DNA from: Nitrospirota bacterium
Lineage (GTDB): Bacteria; Nitrospirota; JACRHJ01
NCBI GenBank assembly: GCA_963733375.1
Contig: CAVTDB010000013.1
Location: 64,001 to 128,000 of the forward strand
Direction: 5' to 3'
Length of the DNA: 64,000 nt
Positions 25,913-36,229 of this stretch are shown here, one piece after another. The stretch's first letter is position 1. The number at the start of each line of letters is the position of its first letter. The position numbers were made by a program, and so were the translations under genes. The notes beneath the pieces are model-generated. The model searched no databases. It was not told the DNA's origin and saw only the letters and a list, made by a program, of their open reading frames with translations.

Positions 25913-26799
25913 ACTTCTCCACCATCCGTATCGGATTATAAGACTGCTTGGATTTTTTCAGGTTCGGCTCGCCCAGGTCCTGCTCGCGGTTCACGAATTC
26001 GATATCCGGGAACTCCTGCTTTAAGAACTCGCTCGAAATATATTGATACAGCCCCGAGTATTCCTGGTTCGCTTTCTCCACGTGCACGACGACCATTTCC
26101 TCGTTTAAAAGCTCGCCCAGCGACAGCGCCTCGACAACGCCGTTTATAAGGACTACGCCGCCGATGGTGGAGAGGTCTTTCAGGTGGTCCAGCGCGTGCT
26201 GCGTCGCCTCCGCCTCGCCGAAAGTGGACGGTATGTTTACGGAGCATTTCTCGCGGCACCAGCGATCGACCAGGTCCTTTGCCTGCGGGACAAGCTCCGG
26301 CGTGAGCCTTCTGTATTCCGGGTCATACCTCTTTAGGAATCGGTTCAGCAGGTTCTTCTTGTCGTGGAATTTCCTGCCGGAGAGCGAGATGAGTTCGGCC
26401 GTGCTGTAAACGTAATCGCTGTCGTCCTGGCTCAGTTCGTATTTATATTTAGGGTCCCCCTCGATATATTTTTTGATGAATTCCGCTGATGCCAGGTTGA
26501 CCACGGGCAACTCGTCATCTCTCCCGCATGAAATCCATCTGACTGTTCATCGTTTCCGGGATTTTATTATCGCCGACGGGCGGGAAGAAGTAATATTCCC
26601 CCTGGTAGGACTTTGCGTAGAAGAGGAGGTTGCCGTTAAGAGTGCTGATTTTATAATCGTGGACGTGCTTGAACATGAAGAGGTTCGTGAAGCAAAGCTC
26701 CGAGACCTCCGGCCTGAGGGCGCGGAATATCGCCTCCACCGGCTCCCGGTCGGAAAGCTCAATAGGGCGGAACGCTGGAAATTTCGGGAAGTCGGCCAT
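25890..26799 (-). CDS. DUF2156 (aminoacyl-PG transferase-like GNAT) protein, frameshifted
   Basis: [50 protein letters not shown]. Confidence 0.8.
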
Positions 26800-26825
26800 T
26801 GAAGAAATTATAACACCAAAACCCT

Positions 26826-26956
26826 TCTTACTTTTCTTTCGCGAAAAAGAAAAGAAACAAAAGAAAACGGGGCTGAAAAACAATTTATCGGGTTTAAACA
26901 GTCCGGCTTTTCTTTGTGTTACTTTCTTTTCACCTGAAAAGAAAGTAACGACTTTA
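26826..26956. repeat. Double-hairpin repeat, copy F
   Basis: CTTTTCTTT-cgcgaa-AAAGAAAAG ... GTTACTTTCTTTT-cacctg-AAAAGAAAGTAACGACTTTA. Confidence 0.82.
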
Positions 26957-26960
26957 GACT

Positions 26961-29780
26961 TTATATGTTCAACGCCTTTTTTAAGAACTGCCCCGTATAC
27001 GACCCTTTGGCCTTCGCTATGTCTTCCGGCGTGCCCATCGCGACTATGCGTCCGCCGCCGTCCCCGCCTTCCGGGCCGAGGTCTATTATATGGTCCGCCG
27101 TCTTTATCACGTCCAGGTTATGCTCGATGACCACCACCGTGTTCCCCGTCTCCACCAGCCGGTTCAGCACGTCGAGGAGCTTCTGGATGTCCGCGAAGTG
27201 CAGCCCTGTGGTCGGCTCATCAAGGATATACAAGGTTCGACCGGTGCTGCGCTTCGACAGTTCTTTCGAGAGCTTCACCCTCTGCGCCTCGCCGCCGGAG
27301 AGCGTCGTGGCGGACTGCCCGAGCTTTATGTAGCCTAGCCCCACGTCGTTTATGGTCACCAGCTTGTTGTGTATCACCGGGATGTTCTCGAAGAAGTCCA
27401 GCCCCTCGGATACGGTCATTTCAAGCACGTCCGTAATACTTTGACCCTTGTACTTTATCTCCAGCGTCTCGCGGTTATAGCGCTTGCCCTTGCATACGTC
27501 GCAGGTCACGAACACGTCCGGCAGGAAGTGCATCTCTATCTTTATCACTCCGTCGCCCTGGCATGCCTCGCACCGCCCGCCCTTGACGTTAAAGCTGTAC
27601 CGGCCCGCCTTGTAGCCGCGCATCCTGGAGTCGGGCACCTGCGCGAACATCTCCCGTATGTGCGTGAACAGCCCGGTATAAGTCGCCGGGTTGGAACGCG
27701 GAGTCCTGCCGATGGGCGACTGGTCGATGTCTATGACCTTGTCCACCTCGTGCAGGCCGAGCACGCCGTCGCACAGGCCCGCGCGCTCGGTGGAGCGGTA
27801 GAACTGCTGCGCGAGGGTCTTGTACAACACCTCCAGCACCAGCGAGGATTTCCCGGAGCCGGAGACGCCCGTCACGCAGGTCAGCACGCCCAGCGGTATG
27901 CGGACGTCGATATTTTTCAGGTTATTTTCACGCGCCTTCTTTATGGTGATATACTTCCTGGCGGTCCTGCGCATCAGCGGGACGAGTATCTTTCTTCTGC
28001 CGGAGAGGTATGCGCCGGTTAGCGAATCCTCGTTCTCCATTATCTCTTTAGGCGTCCCCTGCGCCACCACATATCCGCCGTGTTCCCCGGCGCCCGGCCC
28101 CATGTCGATTACGTAATCGGAGCGCAGTATCGTGTCCTCGTCGTGCTCCACGACCAGCACGGTATTGCCGAGGTTCTTAAGCGACAGAAGCGTATCCAGC
28201 AGTTTCTCGTTGTCTCTCTGGTGGAGGCCGATGGACGGCTCGTCGAGTATATAGAGCACGCCCATGAGCGAGGAGCCTATCTGCGTCGCAAGCCTTATCC
28301 GCTCCGCCTCGCCGCCGGAGAGCGTCGCCGCGCGCCTGTCCAGCGTGAGGTAGTCCAGCCCCACGTTTATGAGGAACCCAAGCCGCTCGTTAATCTCCTT
28401 CAGGATCTTCTGCGCGATGAAAGACTCTTTCTCCGTCAGCGGCAGTTCCGTAAAGAACTCACGCGCCCGGCGCACGGAAAGTCTCGTCGCCTGCGTGATA
28501 TTTACGTCTCCCACCTTTATGGAAAGAGATTCCTTCCTCAGCCTGTCGCCTTTGCATGCCGGGCACGGGTGCGCGCCCATGTATTCCTCTATCTCCTGGC
28601 GGATGTAGGCGGACTCGGTCTCATGGTATCGCCTGGCCAGGTTTTTCACCACGCCCTCGAACTCGCGGGTGTAGAACTGCTTCCGGCCGTCGCGCATGAA
28701 CCAGAACTTTACTTCCTCGCCGCCGGAGCCGTATAAAATCGCATCTTGAGCCTTCTTCGGCAGCTTCTTCCAGGGCGCCGTGAGCGAGAACCCGAAATGG
28801 TCGGCTAACGCCTCCAGCATCTGGTAGTAGAATACCGTCGTGCGCTTCGACCACGGCTTGACCGCGCCCTCGCGTATCGATAAATCTTTATTCGGGATGA
28901 CCAGGTCCGGGTCTATGTCCATCTTCGCGCCCAGGCCGTCGCACTCCGGGCACGCGCCGTGCGGGTTATTGAACGAGAACATCCTGGGCGTCATCTCCGG
29001 GTAGGATATGCCGCAGTAGATGCAGGCGAGCTTTTCGGAATAGAGTATGTCTTTCGCGCCGGCCTCGACGGGAGAGATTACGACGATGCCTTCGGAGAGC
29101 TTCAGCGCGACTTCCAGGGAATCGGCCAGCCGCTTTTCGATTCCCTCCTTTATGACGAGCCTGTCGATGACTATCTCGATGGTGTGCTTCTTGTTCTTGT
29201 CCAGGACGATATTCTCGGAGAGGTCCCGCACCGCCTTGTCTATGCGCGCGCGGACGTAGCCCTCCTTCTTCATCTGGGCGAGCTCTTTTCGATATTCCCC
29301 TTTGCGTCCGCGGACGATGGGAGCGAGCACCGAAATCTTGGCGCCGGGGGGCATCGCGGTTATCTTGTCCACCATCTGCGAGACGGTCTGGGAGGTGATT
29401 TCCTTGCCGCAGTTGTAGCAGTACGGGTGGCCTATGCGTGCGTACAGAAGGCGCAGGTAGTCGTAGATTTCCGTCACCGTGCCGACGGTACTGCGCGGGT
29501 TCTTCGAGGTGGTCTTCTGCTCGATGGAGATGGCGGGTGAGAGGCCCTCGATAGAGTCCACGTCCGGCTTGTCCATCTGTTCCAGGAACTGCCGGGCGTA
29601 TGCGGACAGGGACTCGACGTATCGCCTCTGTCCCTCGGCGTATATGGTGTCGAATGCGAGGGAGGATTTCCCCGAGCCGGAAAGCCCCGTGATTACAACG
29701 AGTTTGTCCCTGGGTATCTCCAGGTCTATGTTTTTTAAGTTATGCTCGCGCGCGCCCTTGATGATAAGCTTGTCCTGCAT
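26961..29780 (-). CDS. uvrA: Excinuclease ABC subunit A
   Basis: Intact 939 aa; [12 protein letters not shown], two ABC domains, Zn fingers. Confidence 0.98.
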   Translation of the reverse strand: MQDKLIIKGAREHNLKNIDLEIPRDKLVVITGLSGSGKSSLAFDTIYAEGQRRYVESLSAYARQFLEQMDKPDVDSIEGLSPAISIEQKTTSKNPRSTVGTVTEIYDYLRLLYARIGHPYCYNCGKEITSQTVSQMVDKITAMPPGAKISVLAPIVRGRKGEYRKELAQMKKEGYVRARIDKAVRDLSENIVLDKNKKHTIEIVIDRLVIKEGIEKRLADSLEVALKLSEGIVVISPVEAGAKDILYSEKLACIYCGISYPEMTPRMFSFNNPHGACPECDGLGAKMDIDPDLVIPNKDLSIREGAVKPWSKRTTVFYYQMLEALADHFGFSLTAPWKKLPKKAQDAILYGSGGEEVKFWFMRDGRKQFYTREFEGVVKNLARRYHETESAYIRQEIEEYMGAHPCPACKGDRLRKESLSIKVGDVNITQATRLSVRRAREFFTELPLTEKESFIAQKILKEINERLGFLINVGLDYLTLDRRAATLSGGEAERIRLATQIGSSLMGVLYILDEPSIGLHQRDNEKLLDTLLSLKNLGNTVLVVEHDEDTILRSDYVIDMGPGAGEHGGYVVAQGTPKEIMENEDSLTGAYLSGRRKILVPLMRRTARKYITIKKARENNLKNIDVRIPLGVLTCVTGVSGSGKSSLVLEVLYKTLAQQFYRSTERAGLCDGVLGLHEVDKVIDIDQSPIGRTPRSNPATYTGLFTHIREMFAQVPDSRMRGYKAGRYSFNVKGGRCEACQGDGVIKIEMHFLPDVFVTCDVCKGKRYNRETLEIKYKGQSITDVLEMTVSEGLDFFENIPVIHNKLVTINDVGLGYIKLGQSATTLSGGEAQRVKLSKELSKRSTGRTLYILDEPTTGLHFADIQKLLDVLNRLVETGNTVVVIEHNLDVIKTADHIIDLGPEGGDGGGRIVAMGTPEDIAKAKGSYTGQFLKKALNI

Positions 29781-29953
29781 CTGCTTTAGAACCCCTCTAC
29801 TCCCCTAACCCATTATAAAACAAGACAGTGAACTCACAATTTTAACACCGGAAGGGGCGTAGCGCAAGAAGATTCAGGGCGGGCGGCCTGCGGGATGCGG
29901 AAACTGTTTTTGAGCGGTATAATTTAAAGTGTACCGTTTTATGGAGGTGCGAT

Positions 29954-30235
29954 ATGAAGTATTACGTGAGGTGGGAAGTCCAGGAGGGCAATGATGCCAA
30001 GGAAGTGATATTAAAACAGCTCGAACATATCGAGAAGTCCGGCAAGATGAAGCACGGCGGGGTGCTCCTGGGCGTCCGGGGCGGCTATTTCATTTTCGAC
30101 ATTGAGAAGCCCTCGGAGCTGCTATACCTGCTCGGAACGGCCATCTTTGATAACTGCCACGTAGAGAGCTATCCGGTGGTTTCATACAAGGAGCTGGGTG
30201 AATTCCTGAAGGAGGACCTGAAGAAGGCGGCTTGA
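29954..30235 (+). CDS. Small hypothetical protein (DUF3303-like)
   Basis: GGAGG RBS; GVRGGYFIFDI..VESYPVV. Confidence 0.6.
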   Translation: MKYYVRWEVQEGNDAKEVILKQLEHIEKSGKMKHGGVLLGVRGGYFIFDIEKPSELLYLLGTAIFDNCHVESYPVVSYKELGEFLKEDLKKAA

Positions 30236-30259
30236 TCGCAGTTTCCAGAGCCGAAGGGC

Positions 30260-30289
30260 TTTACCTGTCCAGAGCGGTAGCGAAGACAG
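30260..30289. repeat. Mini-repeat CTGTCCAGAGCG..GCGAAGACAG, copy 1
   Basis: Near-identical to 40225-40255 and 43663-43694. Confidence 0.75.
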
Positions 30290-30337
30290 AAGGCGAAGAA
30301 ACAAGGCGGCGTAAAAGTTGCCTGTTTCCCGGGCAAC

Positions 30338-30547
30338 ATGCAAAGTGAGGGGCAAATGATGAACATCGACGATTTACATGAACAGATTATGCTTTTTGAG
30401 GAATTGGAAGATTATTTTTCCCGGGTCCATGCAAAGCCTGCGGATGAGGCGCGCAGAAAACAGTTGCTGCAACAGGTAGTCCAACTGAAAGAGAAAGCAA
30501 GCGTGGAATTTCAGGCGCTTAAAGACAAAGAAGAGATAGCGGCTTAA
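30338..30547 (+). CDS. Small helical hypothetical protein (start may be 30356)
   Basis: ORF with GAGGGG RBS and downstream terminator. Confidence 0.5.
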   Translation: MQSEGQMMNIDDLHEQIMLFEELEDYFSRVHAKPADEARRKQLLQQVVQLKEKASVEFQALKDKEEIAA

Positions 30548-30607
30548 AAGGGAATTTCATTCGGCATGGATATGGAAGCGCCCGCAGACAATGCGGGCGT
30601 TTTTTTT
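30539..30607 (+). repeat. Direct repeat R1a: stop codon + intrinsic terminator
   Basis: GCGGCTTAAAAGGGAATTTCATTCGGCATGGATATGG..GCGCCCGCA..TGCGGGCGT-T tract; recurs at 32228. Confidence 0.85.
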
Positions 30608-30703
30608 AATTTAATGTTTCCGCATCCCCCGCATCGTTAAATTCTTGAAAAAGACACATGTATTCTGTTAAAATGAAGCAATCTCTTTTCCCGTAAGGAC
30701 TCA

Positions 30704-31588
30704 GTGAAATTTAACAGCATCTCCATAATGGCAATCTTTGTCTTGCTGGTCTGCCCGGCGGCCGCGAATGCGGTGTACAGGGCGGTGTTGGAGGAGCACG
30801 TAACTTACGAGGCTGTCAAGGGTGACTATATAGAGAAGATAGCCGGCATTACCGGAGTAGAGGTGAAATGCCTTCTGGAGCAGAATCCTGAATACAAAAG
30901 GAAAAAGTTTCTGCATCCTGGCGACAGATTCAGCGCCGTGCGCCGGACTATAGTACCAGACAAGGTCGCGGACGGTACGCTTATAAACATACCGGACAGG
31001 ACGCTTTACCAATTCAAGGCCGGGAATCTTGTAACGCATTACCCGGTCTGTGTTGGGATGAGAAACCTCATCTGGCAGACGCCCATAGGAGAGTTCGTTG
31101 TGATAGGCAAGGCGAAGAACCCGACCTGGCACGTCCCCAAGCTCATACAAAAGGAGATGGCCCGGAAAGGCGAGCCCGTGAAGGATGTAGTCCCGCCGGG
31201 CAAGGACAATCCGCTGGGCAGGTTCGAAGTCAGGCTTTCGGTCAGGGAGTACCTCATCCACGAAACAATCTGGCCGGAATCAATATACAATTACCGCAGC
31301 CACGGCTGCATCCGCCTGAAGCCGGGCGACGCCGAGAAGTACTTTAACAGCGTGACCAAGGGCGAGAGGGTGAGCGTTATTTATGAACCGGTCAAGGTTG
31401 CCTTGACGGACTCCGGCAGGGTATTCCTGGAGGTGCACGAGGACGCGTACGGCAAGGTCGGAGACCTCTATGGGATTGCGTCCGCCGAAATAACCGGCGC
31501 GAACGCCGATAGTAAGGTGGACTGGGACAAGGTGAAAGACGTTGTCGGCAAGAAATCCGGCATCGCCGAGGACATAACGAAGGAGTAA
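30704..31588 (+). CDS. L,D-transpeptidase with LysM-like domain
   Basis: Signal peptide, INIPDRTLY, NPTWHVP, LIHET..SHGCIRL. Confidence 0.9.
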   Translation: MKFNSISIMAIFVLLVCPAAANAVYRAVLEEHVTYEAVKGDYIEKIAGITGVEVKCLLEQNPEYKRKKFLHPGDRFSAVRRTIVPDKVADGTLINIPDRTLYQFKAGNLVTHYPVCVGMRNLIWQTPIGEFVVIGKAKNPTWHVPKLIQKEMARKGEPVKDVVPPGKDNPLGRFEVRLSVREYLIHETIWPESIYNYRSHGCIRLKPGDAEKYFNSVTKGERVSVIYEPVKVALTDSGRVFLEVHEDAYGKVGDLYGIASAEITGANADSKVDWDKVKDVVGKKSGIAEDITKE

Positions 31589-31594
31589 TGGCGG

Positions 31595-32147
31595 ATGATT
31601 AGCAGGAGAGGTTTTATCAGGGGCTTGCTCGGCGCCGCCCTGTATATCGGGGCGTCAGGGTCTTTTGCGAGTGCCGAGAATGACGCTGGACAAACCATAC
31701 GGATGTACAACACGCACACGCGCGAATCTATCTCCGTGGCCCACAGGGACGCGCGAGGATACATTCCAGAGGCGTTAGATAGGATAAACCACTTCCTGAG
31801 GTGCCACTACAACAACGAGGTGCACCCGATCGACCCCGCCCTTATTGACCTGCTCTGCAAGGTTGACAGAGCAGCACGGCGGCGGGAACGTGCTGCAGGT
31901 GATATCGGGTTACCGCTCCCCGGCGTACAACGCAATCCTTGCGAGCAATTCGTCGGGAGTTGCAAGATCGAGCATGCACATGAAAGGCCAGGCCATCGAC
32001 TTTACAATACCCGGCACACCTAACCGCGACCTCTTCAGGACGGTACGCTCCCTGGAGGCAGGCGGCGCGGGCATATACCCCAAATTCGTGCACATGGACA
32101 CAGGGCGCGTACGCTGCTGGGGCAACGGCGCGCAATCCTATTCGTAA
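31595..32147 (+). CDS. YcbK/MepK (DUF882, peptidase M15) Tat-exported, frameshifted
   Basis: SRRGFI Tat motif; VISGYRSP, SMHMKGQAID, FVHMDTG. Confidence 0.85.
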
Positions 32148-32227
32148 CTCCAAAGTTTCTCTGCGGCCGTGCCCAAAGCTATTCCAGTTTGTGTACGATA
32201 TGTGGGGAGCGGTAGCTTAAAAAGAAG

Positions 32228-32294
32228 GCGGCGTAAAAGGGAATTTCATTCGGCATGGATATGGTAGCGCCCGCAGATATGCGGGCGCTTTTTT
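32228..32294 (+). repeat. Direct repeat R1b
   Basis: Near-identical to 30539-30607. Confidence 0.85.
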
Positions 32295-32549
32295 ATTTAA
32301 TATAAGTAATAGGAAGTGTCAAACAAGTAAAGTGGAATTCAATACTATAAACAAGCGCACACCTCAAAATAATAAATAAACTAAAAAATATAACGAGTTA
32401 ATTAAGAAAGAAGTTGTAATGTCCAGAGTATTGTGGTATTTTTCGGGAGTAACCAAAGCAGCAAATTTCATATATGCCCTGTTAAGCTATTGATTATAAA
32501 GGCGTATCGATCAACAAACAGAATTTTTTTATAAACAGCAAGGAGAAAC

Positions 32550-33643
32550 ATGAAAAAACAAAATGCCTCATCAAAAACTGAACCACGTATAGATTCAAAT
32601 AAAAAACGCGATGTAGTTAGTGAGTCCGATTTTCCACAATTGCCCTTTGAAAAAGCAATGCGTATTGCTCAAGCCATTTGGGATAATCTGGTGGTCATCC
32701 TACGGCCCCTCATGATGTTGCTTTTGCCATAAATATGGTCCCCACAAGTGGACCTTGGAGAGGCCTCTGCGGAACTTCCATCGCCTATGGGTTAACTGTC
32801 GGTGGATATAATGCCTCAAAAATTGAACTAACTCCGCTGGGCAGGAGAATTGTTGCTCCTACTGAAGAGGGCGAAAGTACCGGTGCTATACGTGAAGCTA
32901 TTCTTAAACCGAAAATCATGAATCTTTTTTTTACGAGATATGATCGTGCAAAATTTCCGCCGCAGAATATAGCAGAAAACGTATTGGTAACAACGGGGCT
33001 TCCTAAAGACCGCGTTTCCAAGGCCGTAGATATATTGGTGGCTAACGGGCGATATGCTGGTTTTTTAAGAGATACAAAAACTGGTTTATTCGTGGCATTA
33101 GATTCGCCGGCACCGACAATTACTAGCCACTTTGAAGGAACGCCCGCAGAAACGACTCCAGAAGTTTTAGAAGAAGCCCCGGTCATTCGAAAACAAGAAA
33201 TAAGTCCGCGACAAATGAATAATAAAATATTCATCAGTCATGGGAAAAACAGACAGATTGTTAATCAACTTAAGGAGCTGTTAATTTTTGGTAAATTTGA
33301 GCCGGTTTTATCTATTGAAAAGAAATCTACTGCGATTCCTGTTCCCGAAAAAGTTTTTGAGGATATGAGGGCTTGCGCGGCGGGAATAATACATGTGATG
33401 AGCGAGGGGGAGCTGTCGGACGATAAAGGAAATGCTTATCCGCAAATAAACGATAACGTTTTAATAGAAATTGGGGCGGCAATGGCTTTGTACAAAAAAA
33501 ACATAGTATTGCTCGTTCAAAAAGGCGTGGCTCTACCTTCAAACCTACAAGGTCTATATCGCTGTGACTATGAGGGTGAAAAGCTTGATTATGATGCGAC
33601 GATGAAATTGCTTAAAATTTTTAATCAATTTCAGTTGACTTAG
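32550..33643 (+). CDS. N-terminal helical/wHTH-like domain + TIR-like nucleotide-binding domain (Cap12/Pycsar-type), frameshift near 32690
   Basis: KIFISHGKN, NDNVLIEIGAAMALY, LPSNLQGL; AT-rich. Confidence 0.75.
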
Positions 33644-33901
33644 TAGGAGATATTGTTGATCAAGCACAAATGGGCTTAACAGGTTAGTCCTTGTGGCTTG
33701 ATTGAAAGGAGGGAATTATGCCGCCACCTGATATGTCGCGCCGGGCTTCGGCCGTTCGTGGGCGGCGCGTTACAAATAAAAATTGGGGTGAATGTCCTTA
33801 GCTTCCAGGCCGGCCATTCACCCCATTCCCGCGCTAACTATTTGTTTACGCTGTTTGTATTCTAGCAATAGGGCTGATAAAAGTCAATATCTTAGGAGGC
33901 T

Positions 33902-34033
33902 ATGATGGCAAACAAAAAGGTTACCACTTTTAAAATAGGCCGGGATGCCGGAACGGGTAAATTTTTCCGGTCAAAGAGCGCACAGGCGCATAAAAAAACG
34001 GCCATAGTTCAGACGATAAAGAAGACGAAGTAA
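33902..34033 (+). CDS. 43-aa basic protein with GRDAGTGKF motif (not in ORF track)
   Basis: AGGAGG RBS; MMANKKVTTFKIGRDAGTGKFFRSKSAQAHKKTAIVQTIKKTK; own terminator. Confidence 0.7.
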   Translation: MMANKKVTTFKIGRDAGTGKFFRSKSAQAHKKTAIVQTIKKTK

Positions 34034-34059
34034 GCTAACCTCTTTATCATTCAACTTCC

Positions 34060-34095
34060 AACCGGCCCTGGCATAAGCCTCGGCCGGTTTTTTTT
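34060..34095 (+). terminator. Intrinsic terminator
   Basis: ACCGGCC..GGCCGGT followed by T tract. Confidence 0.65.
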
Positions 34096-34105
34096 GTCTG
34101 CTCAC

Positions 34106-34196
34106 TTCTTAATAGCCACTCTCGATTCCCGCGCCAACACATCGTCGGGTAACGCTTAATCATATATAAATGGCTTTATGGACGAATTTTACCGGG
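34106..34196. repeat. 91-bp direct repeat R2a
   Basis: 84/91 identical to 34554-34644 by hand alignment. Confidence 0.9.
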
Positions 34197-34251
34197 TATC
34201 GAAATCCGGGCGGGTCAATTCCAGCCACACATTATACCCCGGCCCCGGCGC

Positions 34252-34446
34252 TCACCACTTGAAAAGCCAGGACAGGACAAACCAGCCGACCGTGAGCCCC
34301 GCCGCCAGGAAGATCATCGAGCGGTGGCCGTGTATCACGGCTGCAACGCTTAACATTTTACCGGGCTTCGACTCTCCGTTGCAGGAGGGACATGCCTCGT
34401 CGAAGACATCCATCTTTACTCCGCAGTGCGGACATTTGCGTTCCAT
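34252..34446 (-). CDS. Small Zn-ribbon membrane protein
   Basis: CPHC..CPSC plus C-terminal TM; GGGAGA RBS. Confidence 0.6.
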   Translation of the reverse strand: MERKCPHCGVKMDVFDEACPSCNGESKPGKMLSVAAVIHGHRSMIFLAAGLTVGWFVLSWLFKW

Positions 34447-34553
34447 CTCATTCTCCCGGTAATAGTGGTATGCCAATAGACTTAAGAGATAATACTACAG
34501 GCGGCATTTTAGTAAGTCAAGAAAAGCCGACGTGACACTTGCCCGTCCTTCCA

Positions 34554-34644
34554 TTCCTAATAGCTTCTCTCGATTCCCGCGCCAACACATCGCCGGTTAA
34601 CGCTTAATCATATATAAATGGATTTATGGACGATTTTTACCGGG
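34554..34644. repeat. 91-bp direct repeat R2b
   Basis: Matches 34106-34196. Confidence 0.9.
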
Positions 34645-34904
34645 CGTCATTACATGGGGTGTTTAACGGCGTTACGAGGCCATTTTAGGGGGTCAGGGGC
34701 GGGTTTTGGAGCGTCGTTTTTAAAGGCATTTTATGCCTATTTACCTTTTTATTTCAATATGTTAAGGCTTGAAAATAGCGCAACTGAAAATCGCGTTTCG
34801 GTTTCCGCAACCGATTGATAAATAAAGATATTTTTTTCGAAATTCGCCGAATTCCCCCGGCCCGGCTCCTTAAATAAAGAATTTTTTATTTGAACACAGC
34901 TAAC

Positions 34905-35282
34905 TCACTTAATCGAGTGCAGCCCCAGCCTGTTCCCTTCGCTGTCCTGGAAATGCGCTATGAAGCCGTACGCGCCTATCGACGTCTTCGGCATGAGCGT
35001 CTTGCCGCCGCTCCCGTCCACCTTGTCCAGCGTCTCCTCGACATCCTCCACATTCATATAAATCAAAACCCCTCTATGCGACGGGATATGGACCTCGCCC
35101 TTCACCAGCGCCCCCGCCGCCCCGTACGATGCGGAACTCATAGGGAAAAACGCCATCTTCACCAGCCCGAAATCGCTTACGGAAAGCTCGACATTAAACA
35201 CGGATTCATAAAACAACCTGGCCCTGTCCAGGTCATGGACCGGGATCTCGAACCAATCCGCAATGTTAATTTCGCGAGCCAT
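34905..35282 (-). CDS. VOC/glyoxalase family protein
   Basis: WFEIPVHDLDRARLFY, FQDSEGNRLGLHS. Confidence 0.88.
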   Translation of the reverse strand: MAREINIADWFEIPVHDLDRARLFYESVFNVELSVSDFGLVKMAFFPMSSASYGAAGALVKGEVHIPSHRGVLIYMNVEDVEETLDKVDGSGGKTLMPKTSIGAYGFIAHFQDSEGNRLGLHSIK

Positions 35283-35443
35283 ATTTCCATGCCTCCAGTA
35301 TAAAGCGTTGCTATCTATAATTGTAATCTTTAGAAACGATTACGGCAACCCGCCCTGAAAAATCGGGCTTCCAAAAATAGGGGATCGTCAAGGGAGAAAG
35401 AGACCCGGCCGGAGCAGGCAAAAATCAGCCGTTTGCGGTATAA

Positions 35444-35710
35444 TTGATATATGAAAAGATTTACGAAATACTGGGGTGGGATATGAAAAGATTAACTAAA
35501 TACTGGGTCGCGCTGGTCCCGTTGGCGCTTACCGCGCTATATGCCGGGCTTACCATAACCTCCGAGCCGCAGGTGCAGGGCTTGCAAAACGGCATATACG
35601 ATTTCATATACGACCGATGGATATTAATCGGCCTGGTGGTAACGGTAATCGTGCTGATTGCGGATGCAGCCGGCGACATAAGAAATACGTGGCATAGACG
35701 GCACTACTGA
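35444..35710 (+). CDS. Small two-TM hypothetical protein (start may be 35483)
   Basis: Two hydrophobic segments. Confidence 0.5.
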   Translation: MIYEKIYEILGWDMKRLTKYWVALVPLALTALYAGLTITSEPQVQGLQNGIYDFIYDRWILIGLVVTVIVLIADAAGDIRNTWHRRHY

Positions 35711-35743
35711 TCGACCGCAGGTGCGCAGGAAATAAGGGAAATA

Positions 35744-36133
35744 TTACTCCAATATTTTCTCGCCGCTGTCGGTGAACGTGAAGTCCAGGAACCTGTGCGG
35801 GGGCGGGCCGCTCTCTATAACTACGCAGCTGAACGGTCTTTTTAGGTGATGGCCCGCTTTACCGGCAAAGTCCGCTTCGCCGTCGATTTTATAGAACTTG
35901 CAGCCGTAGGTGTTTTTCTCGATGCTGATATTTTTTATCCGCGTCCCGGAAAGCGATTCCGGCTCCGTTCCGGCCCGGCTTTTTAAGTGGTTGATTATCC
36001 TGCCTTCTACGAACCTGACTATCTCGCGGTTGACGTAAATCTCATGTATTGAGACCGCCGCAATCAGAATAGCCGCCGAAACAGCTGATATTATAATGAA
36101 TTTTCGCGCTTTCAATACTCCCCCCTCGCTCAA
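35744..36133 (-). CDS. Membrane-anchored hypothetical protein
   Basis: N-terminal TM segment. Confidence 0.5.
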   Translation of the reverse strand: MSEGGVLKARKFIIISAVSAAILIAAVSIHEIYVNREIVRFVEGRIINHLKSRAGTEPESLSGTRIKNISIEKNTYGCKFYKIDGEADFAGKAGHHLKRPFSCVVIESGPPPHRFLDFTFTDSGEKILE

Positions 36134-36229
36134 GTTCGCCCCCCGCTTTCATACTTTACCACTTTTACCATGACATTTTAAAACATTTGTTTTATTGTTT
36201 AATATGGACGTTGCTTACTACAAAAATAC

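Noticed and set aside
34120-34870. tRNA/tmRNA 3' fragments (TCGATTCCCGC, GAATTCCCCCGG)
   Set aside because: No GGTTCGA T-arm stem, cloverleaf or CCA end.
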